DNA of 64,000 nt from Octopus vulgaris (lineage: Eukaryota): NCBI GenBank assembly GCA_951406725.2, contig OX597842.1, positions 30,628,001 to 30,692,000 of the forward strand. The letters run 5' to 3'. The position numbers were made by a program, and so were the translations under genes. Under the pieces are notes generated by a model. It did no database searches, was not told the DNA's origin, and saw only the letters and a list, made by a program, of their open reading frames with translations. Shown here one piece after another: positions 14,125 to 25,700 of the stretch (within the stretch, counting starts at the first letter, position 1; each line of letters begins with the position of its first letter).

Positions 14125-14820
14125 ACTGGCACAAGTGGAGGTGGTACGTGGAAAACAACGTTTGAGCGTGGTTGTTGCCAGTGCCGCCAGACCGGCTTCC
14201 ATACAGGTAGCACGTAAAAAACACCTTTTGTGCGTGATCGTTGCCAGAACTGTCTGACTGGCCTTTCCATGCCGGTGTCATGTAAAAGCACCTACTACAC
14301 TCTTGGAGTGGTTGGCATTAGGAACGGCACCCAGCTGTAGAAACTCTGCCAGATCAGATTGGAACCTGGTGCAGCCATCTGGTTTGCCAGCCCTCAGTCA
14401 AAATCGTCCAACCCATGCCAGCATGGAAAGCGGACGTTAAATGACGATGATGATGACTTTTACCAATCACCTTAAAAATTGTGAACTAAAAAAAGGATAT
14501 CAGAACATGCAAAAATATTCTTTTGTTTCAGTCATTTGACTGTGGCCATGCTGGAGCACTTCCTTTAGTCAAACATATTGACTCCAGGACTTATTCTTTG
14601 TAAGCCTTGGTCACGTTTGCTGAACTACTAAGTTACAGGGACATAAACACAGACACACACGACAGGCTTCTTTCAGTTTCCGTTTACCAAATCCACTCAG
14701 AAGGCTTTGGTCAGCCCGAGGCTATAGTAGAAGACATTTGCCCAAGGTGCCATGCAGTGGGACTGAACCCAGAACCATGTGGTTGGTTAGCAAGCTTCTT
14801 ACCACACAGCCACTTTGCGC
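14125..14820. mobile_element. Family B (+), unique spacer and family A (-) block, duplicate of about 1530-2180
   Basis: Same junction spacer AAAAATTGTGAACTAAAAAAA..ATATCAGAACATGCAAAAATATTC in both places. Confidence 0.8.
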
Positions 14821-15196
14821 TTATATATGCCAACATGGAAAGCGGACATTAAGAGGGGAATATATAGATAGATAGAATGATAGGTAGATAGATCAATGGA
14901 TAGATAAGATACTTGGATAGATAGATGTATTGATGAATCGGTAGTGATAGGGTGGTGCTATCAGCAAAGATCTTGGTTCTGGAAGTTAATTAGAATCAAG
15001 CATGTGTACGGTTTGCATGGATGGCAAAAAGCAGACGGTGTTTGGTCAACAAAGATTATGAATCGATGGACGTCGTACACTTTGTCTCACATCAAATTAG
15101 ATAAAGATTTCGATAAAAATGACTACACAACTCGTGGGTTAGCAAACAAAGATTGCTAATTATGCAGATATAAATTGAAGGCCATAGGGAGTGATA

Positions 15197-15249
<53 letters not shown>

Positions 15250-15250
<1 letters not shown>

Positions 15251-15729
15251 AGTGGCTGTGTCGTAAGAAGCTTGCTTACCAACCACATGGTTCTGGGTTC
15301 AGTCCTTCTGCGTGGCATCTTGAGCAAGTGTCTTCTACTATTGGATTTGGTAAATTGAAACTGAAAGAAGCCTGTCGTGTGTGATGCCAGCGTTGCCTTG
15401 ACTGGCTTCTGTGCTGGTGGCACATAAAAAGCACCATCCGAAACATGGCCGATGCCAGCGCCGTCTTTGCTGGCTTCCGTGCTGGTGGCACGTTAAAAGC
15501 ACCAACCGATCGTGGCCGTTGCCAGACTCCCCTGAAACCTGTGCCGGTGGCACGTAAAAAGCGCCCACTACACTCGTGGAGTGGTTGGCGTTAGGAAGGG
15601 CATCCAGCTGTAGAAACACTGCCAGATCAGACTGGGCCTGGTGCAGCCTTCTGGCTTCCCAGACCCCAGTTGAACCGTCCAACCCGTGCTAGCGCAGAAA
15701 ACGGACGTTAAACGATGATGATGATGATG

Positions 15730-15763
<34 letters not shown>

Positions 15764-15968
15764 ATGTTTGTGTGTCTGTGTTTGTTCTCTCACCATTGCT
15801 TGACAACCGATGCTGGGGTGTTTACATCCCTGTAACTTAGCGGTTTAGCAAAAGCGACTGATAGAATAAGTACTAGGCTTACAAAGAATAAGTCCTGGGG
15901 TCGATTTGTTCTATTAAAGGCAGTGCTCTAGTATGGCCACAGTCAAATGACTGAAATAAGTAAAAGAA
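15250..15968 (+). mobile_element. SINE family A interrupted by a family B copy (15383-15730)
   Basis: A head ends at GAAGCCTGTCGT, B follows, and the A tail resumes at about 15765. Confidence 0.8.
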
Positions 15969-16129
15969 TACACACACATGCACATAAATACACACACAAG
16001 ATCATGAGTTCAATTCCTAGATGAGGCGGTAGATTGTGTTCTTGAACAAACTGTTCCATTTAATCTCTTTTGAGCATGCGTATGTGTAGGTGCGTGTGTG
16101 TGTATACATGAGGTCTGATAAAAAAATAA

Positions 16130-16675
16130 CCAGACCGGGTGTTGTGTGTATTTATTGAGCGAAAACACCTAAAAGCTCCACGAGGCTCCAGCAGGGGGTG
16201 GTGGCGACCCCCTGTTGTACTCTTTCGCAATGGCCCAGTGGTTAGGGCAGTGATCTCACGGTCGGAGGATCGCGGTTTCGATTCCCAGACTGGGCGTTGT
16301 GTGTTTATTGAGCGAAAACACCTAAAAGCTCCATGAGGCTCCGGCAGGGGGTGGTGGCGACCCCCTGTTGTACTCTTTCGCAATGGCCCAGTGGTTAGGG
16401 CAGTGGTCTCACGGTCGGAGGATCGCGGTTTCGATTCCCAGACTGGGCATTGTGTGTTTATTGAGCGAAAACACCTAAAGCTCCATGAGGCTCTAGCAGG
16501 GGGTGGTGATCCCTGCTGTACTCTTTCGCCCCTACTTTCTCTCACTCTTTCTTCCTGTTTCTTGAGTAACGCTGCGATGGACTGGCGTTCCGTCCAGCTG
16601 GGGGGAACACATACGCCACAGAAACTGGGGTCATGAGCCTGAATAGGCTTGAAAACGGTGCATAAGAAAATAAAT
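16130..16675 (+). mobile_element. SINE family C variant: ~153-bp head repeated in tandem (about 2.6 copies) with an alternative tail
   Basis: CGCAATGGCCCAGTGG at 16226 and 16379; tail CTGCGATGGACTGGCGTTCCGTCCAG differs from the tail at 35170-35303. Confidence 0.8.
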
Positions 16676-16849
16676 AAGTATAAACATTTAGTTCCAGTGC
16701 ATATTTAACCATTCCTTTTATTCAGAACTCAGCATCAGATATTCCAAGTTCATTTGGATAGCAAACTGCAAAGGATCACCAAGGAAACACTTTATTGTAG
16801 CCTAGGTAAAAGTTGTGGTGGTCGTGGCTAGAATACCTTTGATCGTACA

Positions 16850-17420
16850 GGTGCAGGAGTGGCTGTGTGGTAAGTAGCTTGCTTACCAACCACATGGTTC
16901 CGGGTTCAGTCCCACTGCATGGCACCTTGGGCAAGTGTCTTCTACTATAGCCTCGGGCCGACCAAAACCTTGTGAGTGGATTTGGTAGACGGAAACAGAA
17001 AGAAGCCCGTCGTATATAGGCGCAGGAGTGGCTGTGTGGTAAGTAGCTTCTTTACCAACCACATGGTTCCGGGTTCAGTCCCACTGTGTGGCATCTTGGG
17101 CAAGTGTCTTCTACTATAGCCTTGGGCCGACCAAAACCTTGTGAGTGGATTTGGTAGACGGAAACTGGAAGAAGCCCGTCGTATATATATATATATGTAG
17201 GTGTGTGTTTGTGTGTCTGTGTTTGTCCCCCTAGCATTGCTTGACAACCGATGCTGGTGTGTTTACGTCCCCGTTACTTAGCGGTTCGGCAAAAGAGACC
17301 GATAGAATAAGTACTGGGCTTACAAAGAATAAGTCCCGGGGTCGATTTGCTCGACTAAAGGCGGTGCTCCAGCATGGCCGCAGTCAAATGACTGAAACAA
17401 GTAAAAGAGAGTAAAAGAGA
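16850..17420 (+). mobile_element. SINE family A with duplicated head
   Basis: Heads at 16850 and 17019, single tail; GTACA on both flanks is a possible TSD. Confidence 0.85.
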
Positions 17421-18480
17421 GTACATCTGCTGGATCAGCATTGACCTCTGGCTAAACAACAACACCAGCACCCCACCACCACCAGAACCCAGTCCAAATT
17501 TAAGCAAAGAACAGGGGCTTTTGAAATAAATAAGGCTAGTGGCAGTGGTGGGGTGTCCTGGGGGGTACTGATTCATGGTGGTGTGGAGGGGGTGTAGTGA
17601 TGATGTCAGTATTCGCAGCGGTGGTGGTGGTGATGATGAAGATGATGATGATGGTAGTGGCGGCAGTGGTGAAGATGGTTGTTTTGTTGTGCCCAATGGT
17701 AGCGCTGGTGTTTTTTCTATAGTTACTATTATTATTACTATCATCATCATCATCATAATCATTATTATTATTATTGTTATCATTATTGTTATCATTATTA
17801 GTATTATTATTATTGCTATTATTATTAGTATTATTATTATTGCTATTATTATTAGTATTATTATTATTATCAATATTATTATTACTATTATTATTATTAT
17901 CATCGTAATCATCATCGTCATCATCATCATTATTATTATATTATTATTATTATTATTATTATTATTACTGTTGTTGTTGTTGTTATTATTATTATTAGTA
18001 GTAGTAGTAGCTGTAGTAGAAATTGTGGTGTTAGTTTGACCGAATTTAGCAGACATGGACAATAAGCAGTGGCGTTGGGGGTGGGTGGGTGGGGTTTGTG
18101 GGTGGAGGTCGTCTGGTCGGTTGGCCGCTCAGTTGGTCTGCCACTTTCAGTCCAGCTGTCGATGATCTAATCCTTTGTTATCCACCCCCCACCCCACCCC
18201 AGGACCATACAATAGTTCACCGTGGGTACACACACACACTGCCACCCTTTTCCCACCCCTTAATACAAACGATGACTGTGTTGCAATGACACATCTTTAA
18301 AATCATTGTGTAAATAAATTACTGTTTCGGGCTTAAGTACAGGGTGAGTAGTTTTGAGGGGAGGGGGCTTAACGGGCGTCATCGAGCCACCCAGGTACGT
18401 CGCGGCCACATAACGTTATTGATACTGATTCCGTCCTTCCACCTGTTTATTTTGAGAAAGAAATAGGTAGATAGATGATG

Positions 18481-18510
<30 letters not shown>

Positions 18511-18513
<3 letters not shown>

Positions 18514-19255
18514 GCCCCGATGCAGTACCAGGCAGTGGCTCTAATGCCCTGATGCAGTACCAGGCAGTGGCTCTAATGCCCTGATGCAGTACCAGGCAGT
18601 GGCTCTAATGCCCTGATGCAGTACCAGGCAGTGACTCTAATGCCCCGATGCAGTACCAGGCAGTGGCTCTAATGCCCCGATGCAGTACCAGGCAGTGGCT
18701 CTAATGCCCTGATGCAGTACCAGGCAGTGGCTCTCATGGCTTCTGATCTTAAATGATCGGAAGTGTTATCTTGTTTTGTCTTGGTATAAAAGATGGGTTT
18801 TACAGCAAATATTCTGCTCAATACCACAGATTTGCTTGTCAGTTGTTTGACCGTAACCAGTTGAGCATGTCTCTTAGTGGCTGACGATATGTGCATCTCT
18901 GATCACGAGCAGAAGTAGTGGGGGAGCATCATAGCCATGTGTTGAGAGGGATTCTTTGGGGTTTGAATAATTCACCTCTGGAAACATGGGTGGTTCTTTC
19001 AACATCCTTAAACAACCCTTATTCAGGGACCTTTTGAGCAGGATGGGCTACTCAACCTGAAGAAAATTCTAACTGGGCCCCACCTGCAAGGTCATGTGCT
19101 GTTTATCTTGATATGAGATCACCATGTCGCGCACATATGGTTGTGATGCATGTGCCTGGTGTACCCTTATCAGACGGGTAGTCATGATGGGTATATTGGG
19201 CTTCGTATATTTTACCCCAGTGTCACTTTGATGGCATGAACTGCTCTCTCACTCA
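18511..19255 (+). mobile_element. Non-coding element inserted in (AAT)n, starting with 7 x 32-bp tandem repeats (18511-18734)
   Basis: Unit AATGCCCYGATGCAGTACCAGGCAGTGGCTCT; sharp (AAT)n boundaries on both sides. Confidence 0.65.
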
Positions 19256-19315
19256 ATAATAATAATGATAACAATAATAATAATAATAATAATGGTAATA
19301 ATAATTATAATAATA

Positions 19316-19359
<44 letters not shown>

Positions 19360-19375
19360 TATAATAATAATAATT

Positions 19376-19433
<58 letters not shown>

Positions 19434-20431
19434 TCCTTTTTATTAAAGGCACGAAGTTTGAAATTTTTTTAGAAGATGGGGTTAGTGAGTTACATTGACC
19501 CCAGTACTTGACTGGTAAAGAAGCAAAAATGTTGCTTTAGTGGCAGGATGAATATACCCTATTCTATATTTGTCCTCCAACTTTTTTTGCTCCCTTCTCT
19601 TAATGGGTCTCCTTTAGAAACAAAGAAATTAGGGAAATTAAATTATCCCCTAGCTGAAGTTTGCCAGGAAATCATGAAATGGCACATACTCAGGTCTGTT
19701 GGAATGCTTTTTCTAAATGTTTAATTCATGCATATAATTCACCTGATGAAAAGACCTTTTTTTTTCACATGATGTAATAATTCTATTCACCAATCAAAAA
19801 CACATCTAAAACAGCTGGAGTGAGTGAACCACTATCTGTTTTATGTATGCATTTGTGTGTGTGTGTGTGTGTGTATGTGTGCTCGATGGTTGTGACAGTG
19901 GTAGTAGTGATGGTGACGGTGGTTGTGGAAGTTGTGGTGGCGATGGTGGTGATGATCATAGTGGTGGTGGTGGTTGAGGTGGCAAGGTGCTGGTGATTGT
20001 GGTAGTTGTGGTGGTAGTGATGGTGGTGGAGGTTGTAGTAGTTGAGATTGTGGTAGTTGAGGTGGTGGTGGTGGTTGTGGTGATGGTGGTGGTGTTTATG
20101 ATGGTAGTGGTGGTGGTGGTAGTGATGGCAGTGATAATGATGGTGATGATGATGATGATAGTTGTGGTGGTGGTGGTGGTGGCCCTGGTGGTGTCTGATT
20201 CCTTTAAATGATTTTATAGAAATGATTATAATTATTGGCTGGGAGTCATTAAGTAGCAAAATTAGGGTAATTAACATTTGATTGGTGATCATTTTCATTT
20301 GTGATATTATTACCAGACAGAGAAATGGTGAAATTGTAGACATAGGATATTGTCTGTGTTATTGTGGCATGCACAAGTTGTGTCTGTCTGTCTGTCTCTA
20401 TCTGTCTAGATGTCTACCAGTCTATCTATTT

Positions 20432-20463
<32 letters not shown>

Positions 20464-20538
20464 GTTTCTATCTGTCTGCCAGCCTATCTATCTATCCCTC
20501 TATCTACCTATCCATTTATCTATCTATCTATCTATCTA

Positions 20539-20579
<41 letters not shown>

Positions 20580-20647
20580 GTCTGTCTATCTATCTATCTA
20601 TCTATCTATCTGTCTGTCTGTCTATCTATCTGTCTATCCATCCATCC

Positions 20648-20690
<43 letters not shown>

Positions 20691-20981
20691 CCTCTATCTA
20701 CCTATCCATTTATGTATTTTTTTTTTCTCTTTTCTTTTGTTCCTTTTCTTTTTTTTCTTTTTTTCTAATTTTATTTTTTGCTCTTTTTTTTCCCTTTTAC
20801 GATCCCTTTTGATCGAAAACCTACGCCACCTTTTTTTTTTCTTTCATCCCCCAAAAGAGAAGCTCTACCTTGTAACTTGTCCCATCTGTGTGCAGCCCTG
20901 TGTGGCCAGTAAAGAAACTTATCTATCTATCTATCCCTCTATCTACCTATCTATCTATCCATCCATCCATCTACCTATCCC

Positions 20982-21042
<61 letters not shown>

Positions 21043-21054
21043 ACCTTATTTCCG

Positions 21055-21666
21055 ACCACCGGCTGAGTATACGTGTGGAGACAGCCAAAAGAAGCATTTG
21101 ACCCAGACTGCCTTCTTCCAACTGTTAAACACAGAAGAGGATTTGTGATGATCTGGAGGTGAGGGGGGATATATCTCGGAAATCCGTCGGCCCAATGGTT
21201 TCCTTTCATGGCAGAATTAATAGTCAAGACTATTTAAGCATTTTATCTGATCAAATTCATCCTATAATTGCGGAACTGCTTCCAGATGGAAACGCAATCT
21301 TTCAGGAAGATAATGCACCAATTCACACATCTAAAGTTGTTACTGAATGTCACGAGGAACAACATTCTAGTGAAGTTGGACATCTTATCTGGCCACCACA
21401 GTCCCCAGATCTCAATATTGTTGAACATTTATGGTGCATTTTATAAAAACAAGTAAGGAGTCGATATCCTCCACCATCATCACTACAAGAACTGAAGACT
21501 GTTTTAGCTGATGAATGGATAAAAATTCCTCTGGAAACAATTCAAACTTTGTATGAGTCCACACGTTGTAGAATTCAAGCTACAATTACTGCCAAAAGTG
21601 GTCCTACCCCATATTTTAAAACAATTGTTTGAAATTTTAAGGTGTTTCTCTTATTATGTCCAACCC

Positions 21667-21669
<3 letters not shown>
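21055..21669 (+). pseudogene. Tc1-like transposase remnant with 3' TIR
   Basis: VMIW..., FQEDNAPIHTS, WPPQSPDLNIVEHLW, internal stops; ends ...TGTCCAACCCCTG|TA. Confidence 0.9.
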
Positions 21670-21702
<33 letters not shown>

Positions 21703-21708
21703 ATGATG

Positions 21709-21778
<70 letters not shown>

Positions 21779-21780
<2 letters not shown>

Positions 21781-22755
21781 TCATCATCATCGTTTAACGT
21801 CCGCTTTCCGCGCTAGCACGGGTTGGACGGTTTGACCGGGTCTGGGAAGCCAGGGGCCGCACCAGGCTCCAGTCTGAATCTGGCAGAGTTTCTACGGCTG
21901 GATGCCCTTCCTAACGCCAACCACTCCGTGAGTGGATTGGGTGCTTTTTACGTGCCACCTGCACAGGGGCCGGAGGGTCCGGCATCGTCACGATCGGTTC
22001 GAGCATTTTAACGTGTCAGCGGCACGGGGGCAACGAGGTCCGGGGTACTTTGGGGATCCAGGGTACTTTGGGGATCCGGGGTACTTAGAATGAGTAGGGG
22101 GTATGTGGAATTGCTGCAGAAAGCAGCCCGGGTCTTTGTAGTCACAGCATTTATCGTCACTGAGTAAGGAAGGGTTGGTGTAGGTTCCTAAGAAATAAAG
22201 ACATTCGTTATCGTCACTGAGTAACGTTATTAGGTAGAGGAAAGAATACAGATATTCTAGAGTTGAGTTGGGGAGGGGGGGTCCAGTTGAGGTGGGTAAT
22301 ATAGGGGAGCAACCAGTGGGGAAGGTTGGGGTAAGGAGGAACGATGGCAGGAAGGGTTGGTGTAGGTTCCTAAGAAATAAAAACGTAGGATATTACGAGG
22401 CGGGAGGGTGCTAAAGGGGGATAGTCGGAATGAAGCAGTGTCAGGAGGAAGCGTAAGATCGGTGGGCAGTTGATGAGCTATGGCGCTAGCAGCTTGTCTT
22501 TTCACAGTGAAAGCATATGAGGAGAAGGGGTAGTGGGGGGAGGAGGAGGGAGTAGGGCGTACCCGGTGTAGATGAGTAAGGCGTATCCGGTGTAGATGGT
22601 GAGGACAGGGTATACTGGTATTGGTGGTGGGGGGTGAGGAACAGTGTTCACCAGTATTGGTGGTGTTGGCGGTGAGAACAGTGTTCACCGGTATTGGTGG
22701 TGGGGGTGAGAACAGTGTTCATCGGTATTGGTGGTGGGGGTGGGGGGCGGGCGCA
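21779..22755 (-). mobile_element. Family B element (21779 to about 22150) plus G-rich unknown repeat leading into the satellite
   Basis: (ATC)n tail and B core on the minus strand; 22290-22755 is homologous to 6810-7060. Confidence 0.65.
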
Positions 22756-25700
22756 CCGCCAATGGCTGAAAGATGGAAAGAGAAGGGAAGAGATGGGATT
22801 ACGGCTTGAGGTAGCCTAGCCTAAGGTTAAATTTTGTAGAGAGAGAGATAGAAAGATAAATCAAGTTATGGCGAAGGCTTGAAAGTAGCCTTAAAAGGTT
22901 AAATTTTCGTAACAATGTATGAATAAACGTAGTAACAACGAATAGAAATATTAAGATAAATTTTTAAAGAACTTGCTGCGGACATCGGTCGGGAGTTGAA
23001 ATTGAAGAAGTAAGTTAGTTGAATTGGGAATTTAAATTGTAGAATCGTAATGGTAAGAGGAGGAAAAAAGACCGCCAAATGGCTGAAAGATGGAAAGAGA
23101 TGGGAAGAGATGGGATTACGGCTTGAGGTAGCCTAGCCTAAGGTTAAATTTTGTAGAGAGAGAGATAGAAAGATAAATCAAGTTATGGCGAAGGCTTGAA
23201 AGTAGCCTTAAAAGGTTAAATTTTCGTAACAATGTATGAATAAACGTAGTAACAACGAATAGAAATATTAAGATAAATTTTTAAAGAACTTGCTGCGGAC
23301 ATCGGTCGGGAGTTGAAATTGAAGAAGTAAGTTAGTTGAATTGGGAATTTAAATTGTAGAATCGTAATGGTAAGAGGAGGAAAAAAGACCGCCAAATGGC
23401 TGAAAGATGGAAAGAGATGGGAAGAGATGGGATTACGGCTTGAGGTAGCCTAGCCTAAGGTTAAATTTTGTAGAGAGAGAGATAGAAAGATAAATCAAGT
23501 TATGGCGAAGGCTTGAAAGTAGCCTTAAAAGGTTAAATTTTCGTAACAATGTATGAATAAACGTAGTAACAACGAATAGAAATATTAAGATAAATTTTTA
23601 AAGAACTTGCTGCGGACATCGGTCGGGAGTTGAAATTGAAGAAGTAAGTTAGTTGAATTGGGAATTTAAATTGTAGAATCGTAATGGTAAGAGGAGGAAA
23701 AAAGACCGCCAAATGGCTGAAAGATGGAAAGAGATGGGAAGAGATGGGATTACGGCTTGAGGTAGCCTAGCCTAAGGTTAAATTTTGTAGAGAGAGAGAT
23801 AGAAAGATAAATCAAGTTATGGCGAAGGCTTGAAAGTAGCCTTAAAAGGTTAAATTTTCGTAACAATGTATGAATAAACGTAGTAACAACGAATAGAAAT
23901 ATTAAGATAAATTTTTAAAGAACTTGCTGCGGACATCGGTCGGGAGTTGAAATTGAAGAAGTAAGTTAGTTGAATTGGGAATTTAAATTGTAGAATCGTA
24001 ATGGTAAGAGGAGGAAAAAAGACCGCCAAATGGCTGAAAGATGGAAAGAGATGGGAAGAGATGGGATTACGGCTTGAGGTAGCCTAGCCTAAGGTTAAAT
24101 TTTGTAGAGAGAGAGATAGAAAGATAAATCAAGTTATGGCGAAAGGCTTGAAAGTAGCCTTAAAAGGTTAAATTTTCGTAACAATGTATGAATAAACGTA
24201 GTAACAACGAATAGAAATATTAAGATAAATTTTTAAAGAACTTGCTGCGGACATCGGTCGGGAGTTGAAATTGAAGAAGTAAGTTAGTTGAATTGGGAAT
24301 TTAAATTGTAGAATCGTAATGGTAAGAGGAGGAAAAAAAGACCGCCAAATGGCTGAAAGATGGAAAGAGATGGGAAGAGATGGGATTACGGCTTGAGGTA
24401 GCCTAGCCTAAGGTTAAATTTTGTAGAGAGAGAGATAGAAAGATAAATCAAGTTATGGCGAAGGCTTGAAAGTAGCCTTAAAAGGTTAAATTTTCGTAAC
24501 AATGTATGAATAAACGTAGTAACAACGAATAGAAATATTAAGATAAATTTTTAAAGAACTTGCTGCGGACATCGGTCGGGAGTTGAAATTGAAGAAGTAA
24601 GTTAGTTGAATTGGGAATTTAAATTGTAGAATCGTAATGGTAAGAGGAGGAAAAAAGACCGCCAAATGGCTGAAAGATGGAAAGAGATGGGAAGAGATGG
24701 GATTACGGCTTGAGGTAGCCTAGCCTAAGGTTAAATTTTGTAGAGAGAGAGATAGAAAGATAAATCAAGTTATGGCGAAGGCTTGAAAGTAGCCTTAAAA
24801 GGTTAAATTTTCGTAACAATGTATGAATAAACGTAGTAACAACGAATAGAAATATTAAGATAAATTTTTAAAGAACTTGCTGCGGACATCGGTCGGGAGT
24901 TGAAATTGAAGAAGTAAGTTAGTTGAATTGGGAATTTAAATTGTAGAATCGTAATGGTAAGAGGAGGAAAAAAGACCGCCAAATGGCTGAAAGATGGAAA
25001 GAGATGGGAAGAGATGGGATTACGGCTTGAGGTAGCCTAGCCTAAGGTTAAATTTTGTAGAGAGAGAGATAGAAAGATAAATCAAGTTATGGCGAAGGCT
25101 TGAAAGTAGCCTTAAAAGGTTAAATTTTCGTAACAATGTATGAATAAACGTAGTAACAACGAATAGAAATATTAAGATAAATTTTTAAAGAACTTGCTGC
25201 GGACATCGGTCGGGAGTTGAAATTGAAGAAGTAAGTTAGTTGAATTGGGAATTTAAATTGTAGAATCGTAATGGTAAGAGGAGGAAAAAAGACCGCCAAA
25301 TGGCTGAAAGATGGAAAGAGATGGGAAGAGATGGGATTACGGCTTGAGGTAGCCTAGCCTAAGGTTAAATTTTGTAGAGAGAGAGATAGAAAGATAAATC
25401 AAGTTATGGCGAAGGCTTGAAAGTAGCCTTAAAAGGTTAAATTTTCGTAACAATGTATGAATAAACGTAGTAACAACGAATAGAAATATTAAGATAAATT
25501 TTTAAAGAACTTGCTGCGGACATCGGTCGGGAGTTGAAATTGAAGAAGTAAGTTAGTTGAATTGGGAATTTAAATTGTAGAATCGTAATGGTAAGAGGAG
25601 GAAAAAAGACCGCCAAATGGCTGAAAGATGGAAAGAGATGGGAAGAGATGGGATTACGGCTTGAGGTAGCCTAGCCTAAGGTTAAATTTTGTAGAGAGAG

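Noticed and set aside
19743-19770. CTGATGA hammerhead core start (also at 9839)
   Set aside because: No downstream GAAA or stem I/III arrangement
22756-23072. Ribozyme or coding potential in the 317-bp satellite unit
   Set aside because: CTGAAAGA does not fit CTGANGA, no closing stems, and no ORF of 60 aa or more inside the array
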